A DNA stretch of 64,000 nt from Eubacteriales bacterium (lineage in GTDB: Bacteria; Bacillota; Clostridia; Oscillospirales; RGIG5299). Every line of letters begins with the position of its first letter. The stretch's first letter is position 1. Below, piece by piece: positions 18,828 to 27,128 of this stretch. The DNA is taken from the NCBI GenBank assembly GCA_045588575.1, contig JAZNEJ010000012.1, positions 3,168 through 67,167 on the forward strand, written 5' to 3'. Below the pieces are notes generated by a model. It had not been told where the DNA came from and searched no databases. It saw only the letters and a program-made list of their open reading frames with translations. A program made the position numbers and the translations under genes.

Positions 18828-19001
18828 TTATCTTCCTCCTAATTGTTCGTCATGGAAATTTATATGCGACTTTTATAGGAAAATTGACTGCTTTTTTCTT
18901 TTTCTTCCCTTTTTACATATTCATTTCCTTGATTTTTTCTTCGTAATAAATTTTACAACAATAAGGCTGAAGAATTTTGTAGTTTTATGCCGTAAAAAAC
19001 A

Positions 19002-19035
19002 AAAAATCTCTTTTGCATAGTGCAAAAGAGATTTT
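19002..19035 (-). terminator. Terminator of the tRNA operon
   Basis: AAAATCTCTTTTGCA-tag-TGCAAAAGAGATTTT. Confidence 0.8.
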
Positions 19036-19037
19036 AT

Positions 19038-19114
19038 TGGTGAAGATGAATGGATTTGAACCATCGACCCCTTGCATGTCAAGCAAGTGCTCTAACCAGC
19101 TGAGCTACACCTTC
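19038..19114 (-). tRNA. tRNA-Val(GAC)
   Basis: GAAGGTGTAGCTCAGCTGGTTAGAGCA-CTTGC-TT-GAC-AT-GCAAG...GGTTCAAATCC...ACCA. Confidence 0.96.
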
Positions 19115-19121
19115 AAAAAAA

Positions 19122-19213
19122 TGGCGGAAAGAGAGGGATTCGAACCCTCGATGCGCTATTAACGCATACACGATTTCCAATCGTGCGCCTTAGACCAGCT
19201 CAGCCATCTTTCC
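19122..19213 (-). tRNA. tRNA-Ser(GGA)
   Basis: GGAAAGATGGCTGAG...CACGA-TT-GGA-AA-TCGTG, long variable arm, GGTTCGAATCC, GCCA end. Confidence 0.96.
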
Positions 19214-19241
19214 ACGTAAACTTGCTATTTTCAACTTGATT

Positions 19242-19270
19242 ATTATACAACAACTAATTAAAAAAAGCAA
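19242..19270 (-). promoter_or_regulatory. SigA promoter of the tRNA-Ser/tRNA-Val pair
   Basis: TTGCTT-17-TATAAT on the minus strand. Confidence 0.7.
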
Positions 19271-19300
19271 GTGTTTTTTTAAAAGTTTTAAATAAAATTA

Positions 19301-19936
19301 TTACTGTCTTTTCTTGTTAATTAATGAAATTATTAAAATTGCAGCAGATGACAAAATACCTATTGCTGAAAGAAGAAAAAACAGAATTTCAGAATATGCT
19401 ATTCCGAGTATTATCAAACAAAGTGAAGCCAAACAAACCGCCAAGGCTGAAATTGCCGATTTCTTAATAAAAAAGCCAAATATCACGCTAAACACCGTGC
19501 ATAAAATTAAAATAAAAGCTATTATAAGATAACACGAGGTAAGAAATGTTGGCACTTGTCCCATTTGATAAATATTACTGTTAGAAAAAAGAATAAAGCA
19601 TAGCATCAACGACGTTGGTATAGCCGCCGTTAAAGCAATAAGAGTTTTTCTTTTCCAGTCAATTTGTTCACTGTTTTTTAAAACATTTACCAAATTTTCT
19701 TCTGCTTTTTTCTCTAAATTTTCGGTTATTCTTTCACCGGAAAGCAATTCGTTTACCGTTATTCCAAGCAGCTTACAAAGAGGTAACATTAAAGACACCT
19801 CAGGTAGCCCCCTGCCCGTTTCCCATTTAGAAACGGTTTTACTGCTGATTAAAAGAATATCAGCCACTTCTCTTTGATTAAGTCCCGCCTTTTGCCTGCA
19901 TTCTGCTATAAATTTTCCTATTTTAATTTGGTCCAT
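19301..19936 (-). CDS. XRE-family HTH regulator with about four C-terminal TM helices
   Basis: IGKFIAECR...TVSKWETGRGLP...VNELLSGE; hydrophobic C-terminal half. Confidence 0.85.
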   Translation of the reverse strand: MDQIKIGKFIAECRQKAGLNQREVADILLISSKTVSKWETGRGLPEVSLMLPLCKLLGITVNELLSGERITENLEKKAEENLVNVLKNSEQIDWKRKTLIALTAAIPTSLMLCFILFSNSNIYQMGQVPTFLTSCYLIIAFILILCTVFSVIFGFFIKKSAISALAVCLASLCLIILGIAYSEILFFLLSAIGILSSAAILIISLINKKRQ

Positions 19937-20011
19937 TCTTTTACCGCCTTTCTTATAGGCATATTATAAAAATTTTTTTCAAAAAAGTAAACCCACGCTC
20001 CGTAGAATTAT

Positions 20012-20040
20012 AAAAAGGCTTCCTTTCGGGAAGCCTTTTT
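20012..20040 (-). terminator. Intrinsic terminator
   Basis: AAAAAGGCTTCC-tttcg-GGAAGCCTTTTT. Confidence 0.75.
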
Positions 20041-20054
20041 ATGCGAAATAACGA

Positions 20055-20798
20055 TTATTTTACGTCGTCTTCAAAAATACGTTCTTCTTCATTGTTTTGT
20101 TCTTGTTCATAGGGGTCAATCATAATTCTTTTTACAACCGGATAAACAATAAAGTTTACCGTTGTTCCCATTAGTGCGGGCAAGAATAAAACAACAAGAA
20201 TTATTGAGAACGGGAAAAGACCCCAAATAATCAAAACCACATAAACCAAAGTGAAGAACATTGCAATTAAATTTTCTTTTATGCCGAGTACTATAAACAA
20301 AAACGAGTTTTTCAAAAGTGCCGAAAATTTAATATCGAAGGTTACCATTAATAAATAAGTGTAAAATTGCATCATACAATACAATATGGCAATTGCGCCC
20401 AAAAATATTGTAAATGCTATGCGAAGTCCTTCAACGGGAATTACTTCGGCATCTAAATAAAACGAAAAGGCAACGAGTAATACAACTGTAACAACTGCAT
20501 TTATAAGCATCATTACAGTTCCCTGTTTCCAGTTGTTTTTAAAACCTTTAAAAAAATCGTGCGCAACGAAAATAGGTTTACCCGCAATTATATTCTTTAA
20601 ACAATAGGTAAAGCCTGCCGATGCCGCACCTATTGTAACAACAGGCAAACACATCAATAAATATAATGCATTCAAAACAAGAAGTTGCCAAAACTTGCCG
20701 AAAAAAAGTTCAAAAAATCTAAATAGAACGGTTTTTTGACGTCCCTCTTTACTTACACCTTTTCCTGGTGTATTGTAATTATGATTAAATAATCCCAT
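20055..20798 (-). CDS. YesL/DUF624-family membrane protein
   Basis: LN.LY...CLPVVTIGAAS, FFKGFKNNWKQ, LLKNS; multiple TMs. Confidence 0.75.
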   Translation of the reverse strand: MGLFNHNYNTPGKGVSKEGRQKTVLFRFFELFFGKFWQLLVLNALYLLMCLPVVTIGAASAGFTYCLKNIIAGKPIFVAHDFFKGFKNNWKQGTVMMLINAVVTVVLLVAFSFYLDAEVIPVEGLRIAFTIFLGAIAILYCMMQFYTYLLMVTFDIKFSALLKNSFLFIVLGIKENLIAMFFTLVYVVLIIWGLFPFSIILVVLFLPALMGTTVNFIVYPVVKRIMIDPYEQEQNNEEERIFEDDVK

Positions 20799-20808
20799 TT
20801 TTTCTTTC

Positions 20809-21723
20809 CTATCTTACTTTTAACGATTTTGACTTTGGGTGATATTTCTTATAAGCATCAAGTTGTTTATTTATTTTAAGCATATAGCTGTAGCTTTGCG
20901 TAGTGGTAAGTGCCGAGTGACCTAAAAGCATTTGTATTGTTTTTAAATCGGCTCCGTTTTCAATAAGGTGGGTTGTAAATGAATGTCTTATTGTTTGAAG
21001 AGTTATTTCTTTGGTAAGCCCCGCCATCTTGCCGTATTTTTTTAAAACCTTCCAAAAGCCCTGACGCGTTATTCTTTTGCCGTCTATATTTACAAACAAA
21101 GCAACTTCGTCGTCTCTTACGAGAAGCTTTCTCGTGTTTTTCATATAATCTTCCAAAAGTCTTGAAGCCATTTCATGAATGGGTATAAGTCTATCCGGTT
21201 TATCACTTCTTACCGTTATATAATTGAGTTCAGTATTAATATCTTGAACGTCGAGTGAAATAAGCTCACTTGCTTTTATTCCCGTGGCGTAAAGCAATTC
21301 AAGCATTGCTTTATCACGTCTGCCTTTATAGTCTGACATATCGGGTTGAATGAGCAAAAGCTCAATTTCTTCTCTCGTTAAAACGTCGGGAGTTTTTCTG
21401 AAATATTTATCAGTTTTAACGTTTCGGGCAACGTTAACAGGATAATTTTTTTCGTTATAAAGATATCCGTAAAACTTTTTTATGGAAGAAAGACATCTTG
21501 AAACGGTTGCCTGCGATTTTCCGGATTGCTTTTCTAAATCCAAAAACGCATTCAAATCCCCTTTTGTAGATTTTCTGAAATTTTTATTTTTTTGAATAAG
21601 AAAGATGAAATACCTATCGATATCAGCCTTATAAGACTTCACGGTATTTTCTTTTGCTTTTTCAATTGTAATCAAATACTCAATAAAATCTTCAAGCTCT
21701 CTCACGGCAATTTCTCCTTTCAT
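20809..21723 (-). CDS. xerD: XerD/RipX-like tyrosine recombinase with substituted active-site residues
   Basis: SAM-like N-domain, RDKAMLELLYATG, ITRQGFWK, RHSF..HLIENGADL..IQMLLGH..L.TTQ.Y; lies directly downstream of spoIIM. Confidence 0.8.
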   Translation of the reverse strand: MKGEIAVRELEDFIEYLITIEKAKENTVKSYKADIDRYFIFLIQKNKNFRKSTKGDLNAFLDLEKQSGKSQATVSRCLSSIKKFYGYLYNEKNYPVNVARNVKTDKYFRKTPDVLTREEIELLLIQPDMSDYKGRRDKAMLELLYATGIKASELISLDVQDINTELNYITVRSDKPDRLIPIHEMASRLLEDYMKNTRKLLVRDDEVALFVNIDGKRITRQGFWKVLKKYGKMAGLTKEITLQTIRHSFTTHLIENGADLKTIQMLLGHSALTTTQSYSYMLKINKQLDAYKKYHPKSKSLKVR

Positions 21724-22286
21724 ATACTAAAATTTTTAAGCAAAAAAACAACCGAAACGGTATCGTAAATTATTGGCAAGACAGACAAAAACATTGCAAT
21801 TACTGCGGTTTTTAAAAGTTCTTTACTTCTTGCTCTGCCCTTTACTATATAAACAGCATTTTCTATTGCTCTGTTACAATAAAAATAATAAATCGCCATA
21901 AACAAAAGCGTTTGAGGCAATAGGCAAACTGCCACGGCCAAAATGCCATTTGAGCCTAAGTAAAGGTAAATTATTCCGAAATCAAGAGCATAGGAAAAAC
22001 CTTTTAAGGTTAAAAAGGCGCAAATAAGATATTTCCCAAGCGTAGAGGTGCCCATTAAAAATATTATTATAATTTCCAAAAAAACAGCGCTCATAATTTT
22101 AAAAAATACCGACGCAAAATCAAGCGTTTTTTCTTTAGAAAAATAACTTTCCAGTATTTCGAAAGAATCGTTTAAAACTGTTTCGGAATTAAGGAGCATT
22201 AGGACACTTCCCAAAATTACTCCTATGTAAAAAAGTATTATGGGAACAAATTTCGTGATATTTATTCGGTTTTTAATTTTCATCAT
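21720..22286 (-). CDS. spoIIM: Stage II sporulation protein M
   Basis: About five TMs, GVILGS, KGFSY, LLPQ; synteny with xerD; SigE-like promoter. Confidence 0.65.
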   Translation of the reverse strand: MMKIKNRINITKFVPIILFYIGVILGSVLMLLNSETVLNDSFEILESYFSKEKTLDFASVFFKIMSAVFLEIIIIFLMGTSTLGKYLICAFLTLKGFSYALDFGIIYLYLGSNGILAVAVCLLPQTLLFMAIYYFYCNRAIENAVYIVKGRARSKELLKTAVIAMFLSVLPIIYDTVSVVFLLKNFSI

Positions 22287-22291
22287 TTTAT

Positions 22292-22340
22292 TTCACCTTT
22301 TTTGTTTTAATTCTATTCAAAAAAGGTGAAGCTTATTACT
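22292..22340 (-). promoter_or_regulatory. SigE-like promoter within an RBS-sequestering hairpin (spoIIM)
   Basis: Minus strand TAATAAG...GAATAGAAT; 13-bp arms TTCACCTTTTTTG/CAAAAAAGGTGAA include the RBS. Confidence 0.55.
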
Positions 22341-23131
22341 TAATTATTTGATAAAGCAAGCTCATCAGCTCGTTTTTCGCAAGCAGTTAACGCCTTTTCT
22401 ACAATGCCTGCCAAATCACTTTCCTCAAAGCTTATCAAGGCGCGCTCGGTTGTGCCGTTTGGTGATTTTACCACTTTAATAAGCTCATCAAGCTCGTGAG
22501 GACGGTTTTTCATAACGTCTGCCGCTCCAAGCGCGGTTTGAACTGCAAAAATTTCAGCGGTTTCTCTATCTATTCCCGCTTTAACCGCATATTCGGCAAT
22601 ATATTTTGTAAAAAGGTAGAAATATGCCGGTCCGCTTCCCGAAAGGGCCGTTATTGCCGACATTTTATCTTCACTTACTTCGGTTACAACCGATATTTTT
22701 TCAAAAAGCTCTTTTGCTACCTTCATTTCAGCATCGGTTACTTTTTTACCTTTGCAAAGACCGACTGCACCCAATTTATTCATCATGGGAGCGTTTGGCA
22801 TAGCTCTGATTACTGAAAGATTTGAAACTTCTTCTATTTTTTCGGTGGTAATACCCGCCATTATGGATATTATTACCGATTTACTTCCTATAAAGTCTTC
22901 ACGCTTTACAGCTTCAAAAAACTGTTGCGGCTTTACTGCCAAGAAAACGTAATCGCATTTTTTAAAAAGCTCTGCCGCAGATTCAACCAAAACAGCGCCT
23001 TTTTCTTTAAAAGGAACACACTTTTCTTTTATTTTCTCGCACAATATTATATTGGTGATGCCTACAACGTCGTATATACCGTTTATTATGGCACTTGCCA
23101 TATTTCCAACACCCAAAAAGCCTATTTTCAT
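22340..23131 (-). CDS. proC: Pyrroline-5-carboxylate reductase
   Basis: GFLGVGNMA, LAVKPQ, RAMPN, ALSGSGPAY, VKSPNGTT. Confidence 0.93.
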   Translation of the reverse strand: MKIGFLGVGNMASAIINGIYDVVGITNIILCEKIKEKCVPFKEKGAVLVESAAELFKKCDYVFLAVKPQQFFEAVKREDFIGSKSVIISIMAGITTEKIEEVSNLSVIRAMPNAPMMNKLGAVGLCKGKKVTDAEMKVAKELFEKISVVTEVSEDKMSAITALSGSGPAYFYLFTKYIAEYAVKAGIDRETAEIFAVQTALGAADVMKNRPHELDELIKVVKSPNGTTERALISFEESDLAGIVEKALTACEKRADELALSNN

Positions 23132-23230
23132 AGTAAATCCTCTTTTGAAAATATTATGTTAAGCGGATTATATAATACTACATTTTAAGATAAAATTCAA
23201 GTAAAAATTAATTAATATTTTATAAAAACA

Positions 23231-23258
23231 ATAAAATGCCACGCAAATGGCATTTTAT
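23231..23258 (-). terminator. Terminator after scfB
   Basis: ATAAAATGCCA-cgcaaa-TGGCATTTTAT. Confidence 0.7.
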
Positions 23259-23265
23259 TTTAAGA

Positions 23266-24627
23266 TTATTCTTCGGTTTTAAGCGCGGTTTGTATCATAA
23301 TTGAGCATTCGCAGCGTTTTCTTTGGAATTCGCAGCTTATTTTATGAGGCTTTAACATATCGCCGTTAAAGGCATGATTATTTGCATTGCATCCACCACT
23401 GCAAAAGTATTTCGCAAAACAGTTTCTGCATTCTTCTTTATGACACAAATCCTTATTTTTAAAGGTTGTTTTCATTTTTTTATCAATTTCGCCGTCGTGA
23501 ACGTTACCCATAACAAATTCACTGTTGCCGACAAACTGATGGCAGGGGTAAATATCTCCGTCGGGAGTTACCGCAATATATTCACTTCCGCAACCACATC
23601 CCTTAATACGTTTAATAATACAAGGGCCGTCTTCTAAATCTATATTGAAATGGAAGAAATTTATCTTTTCACCCGATTTCTTCATATCCAATATATATTT
23701 TGCAAGCTTTTCATATTCTTCCAATACCGCAGGTACCTCTTTTTCGGTAAGAGCCCACTCACAGCATTTATCGGAAACAACGGGTTCAACAGATATTTGG
23801 TCAAAGCCCAAGGAATATATATGCTTTACGTCTTCGGCAAAATCGGTATTGAATTTTGTGAAGGTACCTCTAACGTAATAATCGCCGGTTCTGCTTTCAA
23901 CAAGCTTTTTGAATTTAGGTAAGATTATATCGTAGCTTCCCTTTTGATTTACCGTTTTACGCATTTTATCGTTAACTTGACTTCTACCGTCTAACGACAA
24001 AACACAGTTCGACATTTCTCTGTTTATATATTCTATTTTATCATCGTCAAGCAACATTCCGTTTGTAGTTATTGTAAAACGGAAATTTTTATTATGCTCT
24101 TTTTCAATTTTTCTTGCATATTCAACGGTTTGCTTTACAACTTCAAAGTTCATTAAAGGCTCACCGCCGAAGAAATCTACCTCTATGTTTTTTCTTCCTT
24201 TTGAGGATTTTACAATAAAATCTATGGCTGCCTTTGCCGTTTCAAAAGGCATTAGCTTTCTTCCTTCACCGAAATCTCCTGTTGAAGCAAAGCAATATGA
24301 GCATCTTAAATTACAATCATGCGCGACGTTTAAGCAAAGAGCTTTTATGGGGAAATCGCCTTCGTCGGACATATAGTCTTCGGGAACGAATTCCTCGGAA
24401 TATAAAAGACCTTCGTTTACAAGTTCTTTTAATTCCGAAACGATTTCAGCAATTTCTTCTTTATTATATTGCGGATAAAATTCAGAAAGCTTTTCTACGC
24501 CGTCTTCTTCCAAAAAAAGTTTTTCTTTTGAAAGGATATCGTAAGTCATCTCGTCAATAGAATGAACGGCGCCGCTTTCAACGTCCACTGCTATATAATA
24601 TCCGTTTTGTTTAAACAAATGTACCAT
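23266..24627 (-). CDS. scfB: SCIFF ranthipeptide radical SAM/SPASM maturase
   Basis: N-terminal RRE, CNLRCSYC, FFGGEPL; SPASM GCGCG...YPCHQF...C..C.A..FC.GGC; adjacent to scfA. Confidence 0.95.
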   Translation of the reverse strand: MVHLFKQNGYYIAVDVESGAVHSIDEMTYDILSKEKLFLEEDGVEKLSEFYPQYNKEEIAEIVSELKELVNEGLLYSEEFVPEDYMSDEGDFPIKALCLNVAHDCNLRCSYCFASTGDFGEGRKLMPFETAKAAIDFIVKSSKGRKNIEVDFFGGEPLMNFEVVKQTVEYARKIEKEHNKNFRFTITTNGMLLDDDKIEYINREMSNCVLSLDGRSQVNDKMRKTVNQKGSYDIILPKFKKLVESRTGDYYVRGTFTKFNTDFAEDVKHIYSLGFDQISVEPVVSDKCCEWALTEKEVPAVLEEYEKLAKYILDMKKSGEKINFFHFNIDLEDGPCIIKRIKGCGCGSEYIAVTPDGDIYPCHQFVGNSEFVMGNVHDGEIDKKMKTTFKNKDLCHKEECRNCFAKYFCSGGCNANNHAFNGDMLKPHKISCEFQRKRCECSIMIQTALKTEE

Positions 24628-24651
24628 ATTTATGTACCTCTTTAAAGATAA

Positions 24652-24676
24652 TCAGCAGGAGGTTCGCTCCTGCTGA
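24652..24676 (-). other. GC-rich hairpin between scfA and scfB (stabiliser or partial terminator)
   Basis: TCAGCAGGAG-gttcg-CTCCTGCTGA. Confidence 0.65.
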
Positions 24677-24699
24677 ATTACGTTTTTGCTTACCTGCTC

Positions 24700-24846
24700 T
24701 TACTTCTTATCGTTTTCACATTTCTGGTTTGCAACGGTGCAAGAAGTTTTGCAAGCAGACTGGCAAGAAGTCTGGCACTCGCCGCATCCGCCCTTGCATG
24801 CAGTTACCTTAAGGTCGCTTTTCTTTACGGTTTTAATGTGTTTCAT
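24700..24846 (-). CDS. scfA: SCIFF precursor peptide (48 aa), not in the ORF track
   Basis: MKHIKTVKKSDLKVTACKGGCGECQTSCQSACKTSCTVANQKCENDKK; GGAGG RBS. Confidence 0.96.
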   Translation of the reverse strand: MKHIKTVKKSDLKVTACKGGCGECQTSCQSACKTSCTVANQKCENDKK

Positions 24847-24851
24847 TTTAA

Positions 24852-25268
24852 CTACCTCCGTGTTGTTATCTTTTTCTTTATTTTTATATTTGTTCCCAAA
24901 ACTGCGCCAATCACACCGGTTATAAGAGATAACAGCATTATTGCAATTAACTCAAGGTCGGGTGTGAAGGATTCGGAAAATATCAACCTGACAATTAACA
25001 AAAGCAAAGTCATAGTTGCTCCCGATATTAATCCGGTTACAAGCCCGTTTTTTCTCGCTTTTAATCCCGCGAGTAATCCTCCCGCAAATCCGCCTATTAT
25101 TGCGGAAACGATTGCCAAAAGTGAGGCCGTGTTTTCAGGCAAGGCGCCAACAAGCATGAGAAGCGCAAATATAAATATTACCGCTACCATTATAATAAAG
25201 CCTATAATGCCACCCAAAACACCCATTTTAAAAATAGGCTTGATTTTTTCCGTTTTATCGTTTTTCAT
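24852..25268 (-). CDS. TIGR04086-family membrane protein
   Basis: Four TMs, GG..AG...RKNGL..G; canonical position between yajC and scfA. Confidence 0.8.
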   Translation of the reverse strand: MKNDKTEKIKPIFKMGVLGGIIGFIIMVAVIFIFALLMLVGALPENTASLLAIVSAIIGGFAGGLLAGLKARKNGLVTGLISGATMTLLLLIVRLIFSESFTPDLELIAIMLLSLITGVIGAVLGTNIKIKKKITTRR

Positions 25269-25321
25269 ATTCTCATCCTCCGTTTTATAGTTATTTATTC
25301 GGAGTTTGAGAATTTTATGAC

Positions 25322-25795
25322 TTAATCTTTTTGCTTAGGATTTTCAACCTTGCTTGCAAGAGCTTTTTGCTCTTCTTTTGCAGCGGCTTGCTTTTCTTTA
25401 TCTTCTTTAGTTATGATAGTCTGGATTGCCCATTTCATAACAACGATGCGGTTTCTTGCAGCGCCTACTTCAATGGTAACCTTATCGTCTTCGGGCTTTG
25501 CAACAACAACAGTGCCGACAATACCGCCGATTGTGATAAGTTCATCACCTATTTTAAGCTTATTTCTCTGTTCTGCTTGTTCTTTTTCTTTCTTCTTTTG
25601 AGAACGGTTGCTTATAAAGAAGAATAGAACCAAAAGAAGAATGGGAATAAGGAGCATTAAAGTATCGCCCCAGCCTGCATTTTGCTGACCGTTTGTTCCC
25701 GAACCCGCATTTCCTTCGGGAGCCTGTGTGGAAGAGCTTGTTCCTTCTAAGGGGTTAGCGCCCATAAATCCGCAATCAATAGCGTAAATATTCAT
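25322..25795 (-). CDS. yajC: Preprotein translocase subunit YajC
   Basis: One TM then RSQKKK, LKIGDELITIGGIVGTV, KWAI. Confidence 0.9.
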   Translation of the reverse strand: MNIYAIDCGFMGANPLEGTSSSTQAPEGNAGSGTNGQQNAGWGDTLMLLIPILLLVLFFFISNRSQKKKEKEQAEQRNKLKIGDELITIGGIVGTVVVAKPEDDKVTIEVGAARNRIVVMKWAIQTIITKEDKEKQAAAKEEQKALASKVENPKQKD

Positions 25796-25880
25796 TGTTT
25801 TCTACCTTTCATTAACCTTTTTATTGCCTATTAAAAATATTATACAATATTTTACTGTTTTTTACAAGTAATTTTTGTTT

Positions 25881-27110
25881 TTATTTTATTGAAAAAAGCT
25901 TTTTAATGAGTTCGTGGCCGTTTTCAACGTAATTTTCCTTACTTATTTCAAACTCATTATAGCAGTTTGCGTGAGGCTTTAATTCTTGTTTATTAGTATA
26001 AAGAACGTAAGGAACGGCATCTCTCGTGTGAGTTCTTAAAGTAAGCGGAGTAGGATGGTCGGGCAATAAAAGAACTGCGTAGTCTTCATTTGCTTCCTTT
26101 AATTTTTGAGTTATGGGAGCAAGGATTTCGGAATCTATTTTTTCAATAGATTTAACCTTATTGTCAACTTCGCAACGATGTCCGCTCTCATCGGCAGCTT
26201 CAACGTGAATATAAACGAAATCTTTTCCGTCAAGAAGTGCCTTTAAGGCCGCTTCACCTTTTCCTTTAAAGTTGGTGTTTATATTTCCCGTTGCTCCGGG
26301 AACCTCTATTACTTCAAGCTCTGCACAAACCGCAATGCCTTTTATGAGGTCAACAGCCGAAACAACCGCGCCGTTAATTCCGTAAAGTTCTTTATAGGTT
26401 TTTAAGGCGGGGCGTTTGCCTTCTCCCCATATCCACATTGAGTTTGCGGGCTTTAAGCCTCTTTCAATTCTGCTTTTATTAACGGGATGGTTTGAAAGAA
26501 TTTCAAAGCTTGCTTTCATAAACTCAAATATATCAACGGTACCGTTTCCCTGAGGAAGATAATCGGTTACCTTTCTCTCCGTTATATCGTGCGGAGGGGT
26601 AAAGCTCATTTTACCCGAAGGTTTATTCCAAACAAGGCAGTGGCGGTAGCTAATACCTGAATAAAGCTTAAACTCATCGGCAAATTTCGGAAAACGTTTA
26701 GGGAGCTCTTCATTTAATGTTTTTATAAGTTCAGCGCTCTCTTCACTTGTAATTTCATCGGAGCTGTAATCGAGCATAGTTTTATCTTTGTAATCAGCTT
26801 CGTCGGAAACGCAAACCAAATTACAACGGAAAGCCATATCGGTATCATCAAGCTTAATACCCATACTCATAGCTTCAAGAGGGGATCTTCCCGTATAATA
26901 AACATAAGGGTCGTATCCCATTACAGAAAGATTGGCAACGTCGCTTCCGGGCTTTAAATCGTCCGGAACGGTTTTAACAAGGCCCGTTTCTCCGTTTTGC
27001 GCAAAGAAATCCATTACAGGTTTTTTGGCAACCTCTAACGGCGTTTTATTATTTAAAAAGTCTGAACGGTAGTCCGACATACCGTCTCCAAGCATTACTA
27101 TATATTTCAT
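25881..27110 (-). CDS. apgM: Cofactor-independent phosphoglycerate mutase (ApgM type)
   Basis: GDGMSD, PGSDVAN, YTGRSPLEA, HVEAADESGH, PDHPTP, RTH. Confidence 0.88.
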   Translation of the reverse strand: MKYIVMLGDGMSDYRSDFLNNKTPLEVAKKPVMDFFAQNGETGLVKTVPDDLKPGSDVANLSVMGYDPYVYYTGRSPLEAMSMGIKLDDTDMAFRCNLVCVSDEADYKDKTMLDYSSDEITSEESAELIKTLNEELPKRFPKFADEFKLYSGISYRHCLVWNKPSGKMSFTPPHDITERKVTDYLPQGNGTVDIFEFMKASFEILSNHPVNKSRIERGLKPANSMWIWGEGKRPALKTYKELYGINGAVVSAVDLIKGIAVCAELEVIEVPGATGNINTNFKGKGEAALKALLDGKDFVYIHVEAADESGHRCEVDNKVKSIEKIDSEILAPITQKLKEANEDYAVLLLPDHPTPLTLRTHTRDAVPYVLYTNKQELKPHANCYNEFEISKENYVENGHELIKKLFSIK

Positions 27111-27128
27111 ATTCGAAAAGTCCTTCCG

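Noticed and set aside
19038-21723. tRNAs, XRE gene and tyrosine recombinase as an integrated element
   Set aside because: The recombinase sits in the chromosomal spoIIM-xerD context, and I saw no duplicated tRNA 3' end (att) or other mobility genes.
23266-24846. Radical SAM plus Cys-rich peptide as a novel RiPP system
   Set aside because: It is the well-known SCIFF (scfAB) system in its usual yajC neighbourhood.
24686-25290. Plus-strand ORFs 24686-24925 and 24838-25290
   Set aside because: They are antisense shadows of scfA and the TIGR04086 gene.
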